Positions 1 to 7,185 of a DNA stretch of 20,000 nucleotides are shown piece after piece. Every line of letters begins with the position of its first letter. The stretch's first letter is position 1. Made by a program: the position numbers and the translations under genes. The notes beneath the pieces are model-generated. The model ran no database searches. It was not told the origin of the DNA and saw only the letters and a list, made by a program, of their open reading frames with translations. This stretch comes from an uncultured virus (IMG/VR IMGVR_UViG_3300050509_000576) (taxonomy: Duplodnaviria > Heunggongvirae > Uroviricota > Caudoviricetes). Location: the IMG/VR virus record IMGVR_UViG_3300050509_000576. One strand, written 5' to 3'.

Positions 1-12
1 ACCAAAAATGGC

Positions 13-954
13 CTATGAGGCATTTCTGTCCTTCTCTCCCTGCTCCGCCGCCTCCCGCTCCTCCCGCGCAAAAAGATCCTCGCTGCTCAGCTGCGGCGGG
101 GGGGGCGACGCCCCCTGGGGCGGCGTATCGGCGGCCTCAGACGCCGCTGGCGGGGGCTCGCGGCGGGTTCCCCGGGCCGGACTCCGCGTGGCGGGGGGGG
201 GCACGACCTCGCCCGTGACCGTCGCCTCGGGGCCAGGCGGGGCGGTCGCGGGCATGGTCGGATTCAGGACCTCGCCGTAGAGGTCGGCAATCGTCTCGGC
301 CAGCGGGACGTCCGGCGCGGGGGGCGCGGGGGTCTGCAGGGCGAGCGCCATGGGGTGGGCCGACTGGCCGGGTTCCGGGTCCCAGTCGGGGAGCCCCAGG
401 CCACAGATGGCGAGGGTGACGCGGCGCTTGGCCTTGGTCTCGGCCCGCATCATGCCCGCCGCGCGCTCCGCCACCGTGAGCGGGGTCGTCACTTCCTTGC
501 CGTCGCCGTCGATCTGCGTCTTAAAGTAGCGCTTGCCCTCCCGGGTCTGTTCCCAGCTGCCTTTGGCCTTCGCCATCGGCACTACGCCCTGGGCCTCTTC
601 CTGCCGCCCATCCGGGGTACTGGCCCGGACGGTCACCACGTAGAGATCGTCCAGAAACTCGCGGCCGACCACCATGACGCTGACGCGGTGCAGCTTGCGC
701 AGTTGCTCGGCGCAGCCCTTATCGGGGTAGAGGGTCACCCTGCCGTCGTCGCCCTTGAGCGCTTGGAACGGCTTGGTCAGGGGATTCAGGCCGACACTGC
801 GGCACGTGGCAATGTAGTAGGCAATGCGCACCTCATCGGTCATCTGGGAGAGATCGCCAACGAGGAGCGCCTGCTCCACCGCTTTGGGGTCGACACTCGG
901 GGGCAGATAATCCAGCGTCGTCCGTACTACCTCGGTGCTCACCTCGGTACGCAT
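13..954 (-). CDS. Phage ssDNA-annealing/recombination protein, Redβ/RecT-like, with Pro-rich acidic C-terminal tail
   Basis: Motifs GDLSQM..RIAYY..C.SVGLNPLTKPF and MMRAETKAKRRVTLAICGLG are typical of Bet/RecT-like phage proteins. Start moved to ATG 954, which follows an AAGGAG RBS. Confidence 0.7.
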   Translation of the reverse strand: MRTEVSTEVVRTTLDYLPPSVDPKAVEQALLVGDLSQMTDEVRIAYYIATCRSVGLNPLTKPFQALKGDDGRVTLYPDKGCAEQLRKLHRVSVMVVGREFLDDLYVVTVRASTPDGRQEEAQGVVPMAKAKGSWEQTREGKRYFKTQIDGDGKEVTTPLTVAERAAGMMRAETKAKRRVTLAICGLGLPDWDPEPGQSAHPMALALQTPAPPAPDVPLAETIADLYGEVLNPTMPATAPPGPEATVTGEVVPPPATRSPARGTRREPPPAASEAADTPPQGASPPPPQLSSEDLFAREEREAAEQGEKDRNAS

Positions 955-985
955 AGAAACTCCTTTGCGAAGCAAGACCCCCGCC

Positions 986-1252
986 TCACCCCGAGGCGCG
1001 TGAGCCTTTGCGTTGTTGATACTGCGTGCGGCCTCCCGCCCGCTCGCGGGCTTCTCCGGCTCGCACTGCCTGGCAGACGGCGGCGTGTTCTACGAGGCTC
1101 CGACTCCGATGCACGGGGTCGCCGTCCTCGGGAAAGAAGTGCGCTTCCTCCAGGCTCGTCCAGGTGACCGCATGGGCATCGAGGCGGACGAGCGCGCCGC
1201 CGGGCCCCACGGCCTCGATCACGTCATGCTGGCACTGTGGGCAGCGGGGCAT
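986..1252 (-). CDS. Small zinc-binding hypothetical phage protein
   Basis: CPQC near the N-terminus and HAAVC near the C-terminus; GGAGGAG RBS just upstream. Confidence 0.65.
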   Translation of the reverse strand: MPRCPQCQHDVIEAVGPGGALVRLDAHAVTWTSLEEAHFFPEDGDPVHRSRSLVEHAAVCQAVRAGEARERAGGRTQYQQRKGSRASG

Positions 1253-1254
1253 GG

Positions 1255-1926
1255 CTAGGGCTCCTCCGTGGCCGCGGCCTGGGGGGCCGGGCCTGCGGGC
1301 ATTGAGCCCAGCATCACGTCATGAGAAATGCCTAGGCTGTCGTTGGGGGGCTTGGAACGATACCAGCCAATGGGAGCATTGCTCTTGGGCGGCGTGGCAC
1401 CCTGCTTGATGGCATCCCAATACGCTTGTTTGTGGACGCTGCTATGGCAACTGACGCACAAGATTTGCAGATTGTCGGGATGATTGTTGTAATGATCGAA
1501 GTCAGTGTGATGCACACAGAGGTTCTGCGTTCCTCTACAGCGCTCGCAGGCTTCGATGGGCTTGGCATGGCGATAGGCATGGATGCCCGCGTTTTTCCCA
1601 TGCTTGTAATTCCCGTTATCTTTGCCTGAACGAGGTCGAGGCACGATATGGAAGTCCTGTATGCGGCGCCGAATCGACCGGACGGACACCTGGAGTATGC
1701 GAGCGATTTCCTTCTGGGTTTTGCCTTGAATCTCGTAGAGATCTCTCAGGGTCATTTCGGCAATATCGACTTGATTCGTTACGCGGGCTTTGATCCCGTA
1801 CAACTTCATCCACTCGCGCACCGTATAACGATCTACCCCTAGGCTATCCGCGATAGCTTCTTGCGTCATATGCTGAGTGTGGTACATCTGCATGAGCACG
1901 TCCCTGGCTGGTCTCTTGAGGATCAT
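1255..1926 (-). CDS. HNH endonuclease with two N-terminal HTH repeats (free-standing homing endonuclease-like)
   Basis: Two HTH units (MTQEAIADSLGV, KTQKEIARILQV), then CERC...VHHTDFDHYNNHPDNLQILCVSCH. Visibly lower GC than the flanks; GAAAGGGGG RBS. Confidence 0.85.
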   Translation of the reverse strand: MILKRPARDVLMQMYHTQHMTQEAIADSLGVDRYTVREWMKLYGIKARVTNQVDIAEMTLRDLYEIQGKTQKEIARILQVSVRSIRRRIQDFHIVPRPRSGKDNGNYKHGKNAGIHAYRHAKPIEACERCRGTQNLCVHHTDFDHYNNHPDNLQILCVSCHSSVHKQAYWDAIKQGATPPKSNAPIGWYRSKPPNDSLGISHDVMLGSMPAGPAPQAAATEEP

Positions 1927-1929
1927 GTG

Positions 1930-1969
1930 TGCCCCCTTTCTGGCCTAATATGATCGCAGAAAGAGGACA
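1930..1969 (-). promoter_or_regulatory. RNA hairpin sequestering the HNH gene Shine-Dalgarno
   Basis: Minus strand UGUCCUCUUUCUG (1969-1957) pairs with CAGAAAGGGGGCA (1942-1930): 13 bp including 2 G-U pairs, 14-nt loop, ending 3 nt before the ATG. Confidence 0.65.
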
Positions 1970-1985
1970 AAAAGGCAACATTATT

Positions 1986-3644
1986 CTATGCCCGTCGTCT
2001 CGCATCCAGGCGGCCGGGTCGCATCGTGCCCAGCTGCCCCTCGCTCTGGCCGTAGGGCTGCATCGCCCGGCCGGGCGTCAGGCGCTGGCCGGTGCCGGTG
2101 ACTTTGCTGTAGTCAATGCCATGGTGCGCGCCAAGGACCTCGCCGGCCCCGGCGTAGGGCGGCGAACTGAGGCACGCGTCGAGACTGCCGGGCGCCGTGT
2201 CGAGCGGCTTCTGCATGCAGTACACAACCTCGTGGTTAATCGCGAGGTCGGGGCGCTTCTTCTCGTGCAGGCGCCGAAAGAAGGACTTTCGGTGGGTGGT
2301 ATGCGTCGTGTCCGCGCCAAACAGCCCGCCCTGCGTGCCGTGGTCCTCGACGAGCAGCGCGTGGTGCTCGTGCAGGGTGACGAGGCCCAGGGATTCGCAT
2401 AAAGTTCTCCATTGTCCTGGAAAATCAACGATTTGCCCATTACGAACATACGATTTCACGACCCATACGGCAATGCCGTTAGGCTTAAGGAGGGCTACGA
2501 CCTGGGCGAGTATCTGCTTGCTGGCTTCCCAGAAGGTATGACCGAGATCTTCGCCACGAAATTTCCAGGCAGGCTCGGCACAGTGACACCGTCGTGCCCC
2601 CCGTTTGCGACCACCGCAGAGGGTACACGTTGGGTTGCAGGCAGCATCTCCTGTCGCGCCTAATTGTCCAGGCGTTGTCCCGTAGATTGCATCCATTGAG
2701 CCAGGACTAGCGCCTGCTTCGAGCCTGGCTCTGCTAGGAGTCGCAGACTTGCTATTCGTCTCTTCCATCCATGGCGGGCTGGACACCACCGCCTCCACCG
2801 TCCCCGCTGGCAGGTTCCCCAGTTGCGCCGGGTCGCTGCCGTAGTCCTGGCTGATAGAGGGACCAAGTTTGCCGCCGTGTCCGTGACCATCGCGCACGAC
2901 TGCGGCATGGAGTCGGTCGAGCCTGGCGCGGTCTTTGTCGCGATTATCGCTGTTGCAAAATGGTGGCGACGACAGACACGCATCGAGCGAGCCGGGGGGC
3001 AGGTTCCCCAGTTGCGCCGGGGAGATGCCGTACGTGGCCTCCTTATTGGAACTGGCACGCCGGCCGCGTGCCGGCGTTGCCGGTGTGCCCTTGCCGTGAT
3101 TGATGTACGACCAGCCTGCCGCATAATCCTGGTTACTGCTCGCGTACGGTGGACTACTCACGCAGCACGTCACCTGCTCCCGCAGCACCTCTGCGAGTCG
3201 TCTCGAATCCCCTTGCAGCAGCGTCGGCGCCACGTACTGCGGCAGGTGCCCATAGCGCCGCTGCCACAACTCCAGGTTGCCGGTGACGTGGTGCGGCGCG
3301 TGATCCCCGTGCTGGCTACAGGCCTCGTGCTTGGCACGACTGCCGCCACAGTCGAAGCCGTGGGCTAACGCCTGAAAACGGCCCTCCAGCTCGCACCCGA
3401 CCCAGTGAATCCCCTGGAGCAGGCAGGGCAGTGCCCCCAGTGCCACGCCCCCGAAGGGGTCAAGGCAGGTGGCCCCTGGCCACAGCCAGCCCTCTTCCAG
3501 GGCGTGCGCGACGAGGCGAAAGGCGAGGCCCTTCGCGAACTTGGCCGGGTGGGCCATACAGGCGTCCGTGGCGATGCCGACCCAGTTGTCTCGGTACAGG
3601 CCGGGCCAGGTGTCGACGGGGTGCGCGGGCGTGGTCGTTGGCAT
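1986..3644 (-). CDS. DNA amino-methyltransferase (N4-C/N6-A type) with four SPP[Y/F/W] modules
   Basis: HPAKF, SAM-binding LDPFGGV and GCELE motifs, QGDSRRL, then SSPPY/SSPPF/SSPPW, LKPNG and a fourth SSPPY. Confidence 0.8.
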   Translation of the reverse strand: MPTTTPAHPVDTWPGLYRDNWVGIATDACMAHPAKFAKGLAFRLVAHALEEGWLWPGATCLDPFGGVALGALPCLLQGIHWVGCELEGRFQALAHGFDCGGSRAKHEACSQHGDHAPHHVTGNLELWQRRYGHLPQYVAPTLLQGDSRRLAEVLREQVTCCVSSPPYASSNQDYAAGWSYINHGKGTPATPARGRRASSNKEATYGISPAQLGNLPPGSLDACLSSPPFCNSDNRDKDRARLDRLHAAVVRDGHGHGGKLGPSISQDYGSDPAQLGNLPAGTVEAVVSSPPWMEETNSKSATPSRARLEAGASPGSMDAIYGTTPGQLGATGDAACNPTCTLCGGRKRGARRCHCAEPAWKFRGEDLGHTFWEASKQILAQVVALLKPNGIAVWVVKSYVRNGQIVDFPGQWRTLCESLGLVTLHEHHALLVEDHGTQGGLFGADTTHTTHRKSFFRRLHEKKRPDLAINHEVVYCMQKPLDTAPGSLDACLSSPPYAGAGEVLGAHHGIDYSKVTGTGQRLTPGRAMQPYGQSEGQLGTMRPGRLDARRRA

Positions 3645-3845
3645 CTAGGCTATCTCCTTGGCCACACCGCGGCGGCGCAGGGCGGCGTTGTATTGGGTGG
3701 CGCGCACGGTGGCGTGCCACCGGCAGAAAAGCCGCGTGTGGCGGGGCTGTGTTACGCGGCGGATGCGCCACCACGCGTGGCGATGGCGCAGGACATGCGT
3801 CGCGGCACGGGGCGGCGTCAGGGTACAGTCGACGCAGGGGGTCAT
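3645..3845 (-). CDS. Small basic hypothetical protein (CxxC...CxxH)
   Basis: Fills the gap exactly between flanking genes, with an ATGA overlap at 3842-3845 and a stop abutting the MTase ATG. Confidence 0.55.
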   Translation of the reverse strand: MTPCVDCTLTPPRAATHVLRHRHAWWRIRRVTQPRHTRLFCRWHATVRATQYNAALRRRGVAKEIA

Positions 3846-4366
3846 AGGACCTCGCCCTCCTCTGGCAGGGCCAGGAATCCCGCGGGTGCCCGCATGGTCT
3901 CATCGCGTTGAGGCTGCGAGGCTGCGATGGCCTGGGCGTGCTGGAGTTCCCGGTAGCGGCTTACAAACTCCCTGCGTTTCTGGTCTTCCTTCGTGAGGTC
4001 CCAGTTGCCAAAGCCCCAGTCTAGGATATAGCCGCCGCCCATCGCCTCGAAGACCTGCTTGGTAAGGGGATCGCGTAACGCCTCACGGTTATAGCGGCAT
4101 TCCAGATTGCGCAGCCGCTGCCACGCCGCTTCCGCGGCTGGGAGCTTCTCGGTGGCATAGCCCGCCAACTCGCGTAGGGTGGCCGGGACCGGAAAATACT
4201 TCTCGCAGCGGATCGCCTCATGCATGGCCCGCTCGATGGCGTCCCACGCGACATCTTCCAGGGCAGCAAAATAGGCCCGCTTGCGGGCAGCGGAGAGTTC
4301 GACGTTGAACACCTCGGCGACGGTGTCGAGGGCGAGATAAAAGTCTAGGCGATCATCGTGGGTCAT
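3842..4366 (-). CDS. Phage replication accessory protein (helicase loader/inhibitor-like, DUF6475/G39P-like)
   Basis: Y..AL.D.....IERA....IR..KYFPVPATLRE motif; lies directly downstream of the initiator with a 4-bp overlap. Confidence 0.65.
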   Translation of the reverse strand: MTHDDRLDFYLALDTVAEVFNVELSAARKRAYFAALEDVAWDAIERAMHEAIRCEKYFPVPATLRELAGYATEKLPAAEAAWQRLRNLECRYNREALRDPLTKQVFEAMGGGYILDWGFGNWDLTKEDQKRREFVSRYRELQHAQAIAASQPQRDETMRAPAGFLALPEEGEVL

Positions 4367-5298
4367 ACTAAGCCATCCTCCTTGAGGAGTTGCTGCGTGA
4401 CGGCGAGGTTGCGGAGCCCTTTGGCGCTGACCTTGCTGCCGGTGGGGCCGGGCGTGCGGCGGCCCTGCTCATGCCACTGCTGCGCGGCGGCCCGGTAGTC
4501 GTCAAAATGTTCGGGCTTGAACGGCGTCGAGGCGTTGAAATTGATGGCCTGGTTCGGCTGCTCGACCACCTTGACGGCCTGCCACCAGTCAATCACCAGC
4601 GTGCACTCCGCGACGGTCGCCTCGTGGTCGAGGAGCGCGGCAATCAGTGTGGGGTTTTTGTGGTCGCGCTTGGTGACCTTGTTGAGATACGCGAGGACCT
4701 CGTGTGCCTCCACCTGGGCTTGGCGATTAAAACTGGCAGCAAAGCCATTATCCCCACCCATACCTCCAGAGGGGTAAGGGGTGTGTGTACTCTCAAGATT
4801 AACTTCTTTCAATTCTTCTTCTTTAAGTCCTTTATAACTAGTGACGGTTTTGCCGACTTCGGTTTTGCCGACTTCGGTTTTGCCGACTTCGGTTTTGCCG
4901 ACTTCGGTTAGACCGAGATCGGCAAACCCGTTTTCGGTGTCTTCACCGGGAAACGGCGGGGGTATTTCCTGGTCAAAGGCGGTGTCGTCCTGGGCCAGCT
5001 CGGGGGTTTCATAGATTTTCGTATCCCAGCCTTCCATACGTCCTTGCGTATTGCGCAGTCGTTTGCGACGGATATAGCCCGCGTCTTCGAGTTCTTTCAA
5101 GGCCCCAGCAATGGCCTCTCGGCCCTCTTTAGGAGACTCCTTGGCGAGTTGCTTGATATAGACCCGCCAATTATTGGGCTTCGACATCAGATAGGTGTGG
5201 AGCCCCTTAGCCCGAAAGCTCAGCCGAGCGTCGTTCAATGCGGTAATTTCTAATTGCACATAGGGGGCCGTTTTCTTCGAGGTCCGTGCGACGCTCAT
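4363..5298 (-). CDS. Phage replication initiator (N-terminal wHTH, conserved phage C-terminal domain)
   Basis: NDARLSFRAKGL..YLMSKP.NW...GREAI..ALKELEDAGYI, internal TEVGK repeats, and C-terminal EVLAYLN...TPFKPEHFDDY. Confidence 0.85.
   Translation of the reverse strand: MSVARTSKKTAPYVQLEITALNDARLSFRAKGLHTYLMSKPNNWRVYIKQLAKESPKEGREAIAGALKELEDAGYIRRKRLRNTQGRMEGWDTKIYETPELAQDDTAFDQEIPPPFPGEDTENGFADLGLTEVGKTEVGKTEVGKTEVGKTVTSYKGLKEEELKEVNLESTHTPYPSGGMGGDNGFAASFNRQAQVEAHEVLAYLNKVTKRDHKNPTLIAALLDHEATVAECTLVIDWWQAVKVVEQPNQAINFNASTPFKPEHFDDYRAAAQQWHEQGRRTPGPTGSKVSAKGLRNLAVTQQLLKEDGLV
4846..4935. repeat. Iteron array, putative origin of replication
   Basis: Four perfect tandem GGTTTTGCCGACTTC copies (4846-4905) and two degenerate copies (4906-4935), next to an AT-rich tract (~4791-4840) inside the initiator gene. 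Confidence 0.8.
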
Positions 5299-5371
5299 GG
5301 CGGTGTCCCACTGATTAGATTTTCGCGTTTGAATGCGCTATGATTTCATTCGGTAGCCAAAACGTACCCAG

Positions 5372-5418
5372 ATCATAACTATAATTTGGTTGCATTGCAA
5401 TACTAAAATAGGTATTCT
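5372..5418. promoter_or_regulatory. Back-to-back sigma70-like promoters sharing a palindrome
   Basis: Rightward TTGCAT(5390-5395)-17-TATTCT(5413-5418). Leftward TTGCAA(5400-5395)-17-TATGAT(5377-5372). Palindrome TTGCATTGCAA at 5390-5400. Confidence 0.65.
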
Positions 5419-5440
5419 TACTGGCAAAGGAGGTGCATCT

Positions 5441-5647
5441 ATGGCACGCAGCAAGGCAGCTTCGGACGCGATCGAGTCGTTGACCGTACGCTTTCCCAAG
5501 GAGGTATTGCAAGCACTGCGCGAGAGCGCCAAGGCCAATGATCGCAGCCTGAACCAAGAGATTGTGAATGTAACACGGCGTCGCGTAAAGTCCCATCAAA
5601 CTACGCAAAGAGACCATGATCTTGTGTGCTCCAATACCGAGGAATGA
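5441..5647 (+). CDS. Arc-family ribbon-helix-helix DNA-binding protein
   Basis: SLTVRFPKEVLQALRESAKANDRSLNQEIV matches the Arc signature; AAGGAGG RBS before ATG 5441. Confidence 0.85.
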   Translation: MARSKAASDAIESLTVRFPKEVLQALRESAKANDRSLNQEIVNVTRRRVKSHQTTQRDHDLVCSNTEE

Positions 5648-5677
5648 TACCGCTACCCCCTCACCCTGGAGGTCCCC

Positions 5678-5941
5678 ATGTCCCCTGCACGCGCGTATCT
5701 CGGTAGCCTGGCCTTTCCCGCCGACCTGCTGGCGTGGGCGGAGGCCCAGCCGGAGGGCCTGCACCAACTCCTGCTCGACCTGCTGCGCCGCGAACAATGG
5801 TTGCGGGAGGAGGTCACCGGGGGCGATCCCCTGTGGGTGGACACCCTTCGCGCGCAGATCGCGGAGGCCTTCGCGGCTCTCCCTCTCCTTGCGGGGGAGA
5901 TGCCTTTTCCCCCTGTGCCTGGAGGTCCCCATGCCCACTGA
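5678..5941 (+). CDS. Hypothetical protein
   Basis: GGAGGT RBS, GC-rich third codon positions, overlaps the next start. Confidence 0.6.
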   Translation: MSPARAYLGSLAFPADLLAWAEAQPEGLHQLLLDLLRREQWLREEVTGGDPLWVDTLRAQIAEAFAALPLLAGEMPFPPVPGGPHAH

Positions 5942-6155
5942 TCGTATTCCGCTGGGCCCGCCCCCGCGAGCGCTCCATATGGTCGCCTGTGCGGCGGGCT
6001 CTTTCCGGCCCGGTGACCCCTTCGCGGTGCTCTGTGCCTCGCGTGGCCGTCGGCTGCACGGTACCCTGAGTCAGGCCATGGTCACCTGTCCGCGCTGTCT
6101 GGCGTTGCTGGCCGACCCACCGGCGCCGGCGCGCCCTTTACCCTGGAGGTCCTGA
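5931..6155 (+). CDS. Small zinc-finger protein
   Basis: GGAGGT RBS before ATG 5931; H...C...VTCPRC motif; TGATG coupling to the next gene. Confidence 0.6.
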   Translation: MPTDRIPLGPPPRALHMVACAAGSFRPGDPFAVLCASRGRRLHGTLSQAMVTCPRCLALLADPPAPARPLPWRS

Positions 6156-6559
6156 TGCCTTTTCGCCGTGAGCGCTATCCCCGTAACTGGGAGGAGGTCT
6201 CCCGCTTTATTCGGTTCGAGCGTGCCGAGCACCGCTGTGAGTGCACCGGCCGTACGGCGACGCGCGTTCTCTGTGGCCTGCACTGTACCCATCCGGGCCC
6301 CCGGCGCTGCGTCGAGGTGAACCATACGCCCGCCCTCTGGGCCAGAGGCCGTATTATCTTGACCGTGGCCCATGTGTGCGACTGTGAACCCTTGTGTGCC
6401 GATCCGGCTCATCTCCTGGCGATGTGCCAACGGTGCCACATGAGGACAGATATTACTCTCCACAGCCACCATGCCGCTGAACATCGGCGTCTCCGGCGCC
6501 AACAGGCGGGACAACTCACGTTTCTGCCGGAGACGCCCCTCTACGGTCATCCTCACTAG
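6155..6559 (+). CDS. HNH-like nuclease-fold phage protein
   Basis: YPRNWEEVSRFIRFERA..RCEC...IILTVAH...HLLAMCQRCH..D. Confidence 0.75.
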   Translation: MPFRRERYPRNWEEVSRFIRFERAEHRCECTGRTATRVLCGLHCTHPGPRRCVEVNHTPALWARGRIILTVAHVCDCEPLCADPAHLLAMCQRCHMRTDITLHSHHAAEHRRLRRQQAGQLTFLPETPLYGHPH

Positions 6560-6568
6560 GAGGTCCTG

Positions 6569-6808
6569 ATGCCCCCTGAGCTGCTGACCCAGTGCCGCGC
6601 GCTTCTGGCGGCCTACGCCGCTGCGACCTCGGCCCCGGAGCGCCTCACGCTCGGCGTGCGCCTGGCCCATCTGACACTCGTCCACGGTCCGGCCCTCGCC
6701 CGCCTGGCGCCGGAGACCTACGCCGCCGCCATCGCTATTACACGGGCCCCGGCCTATCCGCCGGAGCCGCAACTCGCGTTGTTTCCCGCGGCACCCTGGA
6801 GGCCCTGA
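6569..6808 (+). CDS. Hypothetical protein
   Basis: AGGAGGT RBS; TGATG coupling to the next gene. Confidence 0.55.
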   Translation: MPPELLTQCRALLAAYAAATSAPERLTLGVRLAHLTLVHGPALARLAPETYAAAIAITRAPAYPPEPQLALFPAAPWRP

Positions 6809-7029
6809 TGCACACCACCCTGACCCTGACCCATCCGTCCGCCGCCTTCCCCGCGCTGCTCCAGCTGCTGACCGCCTGGCACGATAGCCAGCCCCCGGGC
6901 ACCGTGCAGATGCGGATTGCTGCCGATGCTCCGGAGAGCGGGGTGCAGGACATGCGCGAGCTGCTGCAGCGCTTTGTCCCTCATGTCACGACGGTTCCCC
7001 CGCCCCCGGGAGGTGCCGATGGCCCGTAA
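6808..7029 (+). CDS. Hypothetical protein (MHTTLTLTH...)
   Basis: GGAGG RBS and TGATG overlap define the start at 6808 within ORF 6592..7029. Confidence 0.55.
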   Translation: MHTTLTLTHPSAAFPALLQLLTAWHDSQPPGTVQMRIAADAPESGVQDMRELLQRFVPHVTTVPPPPGGADGP

Positions 7030-7185
7030 GACGTCCTGATGACTGTGCCGCTCCTCCCCGAGACGCCGTCCGTGCCGTCGGGCGCATATGTTCAATGGGG
7101 CGAACGCACACCGGCCCCCAATGCGGCGTGGCGTAGCCCCCTGTGGGCGGCCGCTTGGCCAGGGGGAAGGTAAGCATCGCCCCAT

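Noticed and set aside
1255..3644. MTase plus HNH pair as a restriction-modification system
   Set aside because: The HNH has a homing-type HTH-HTH-HNH layout, different GC and insertion scars, which fits a selfish endonuclease next to an orphan phage MTase better.
4846..4935. CRISPR array
   Set aside because: The 15-bp repeats are tandem with no spacers and lie in frame within a gene. The intergenic modules at 10.8-12.4 kb are separated by whole genes.
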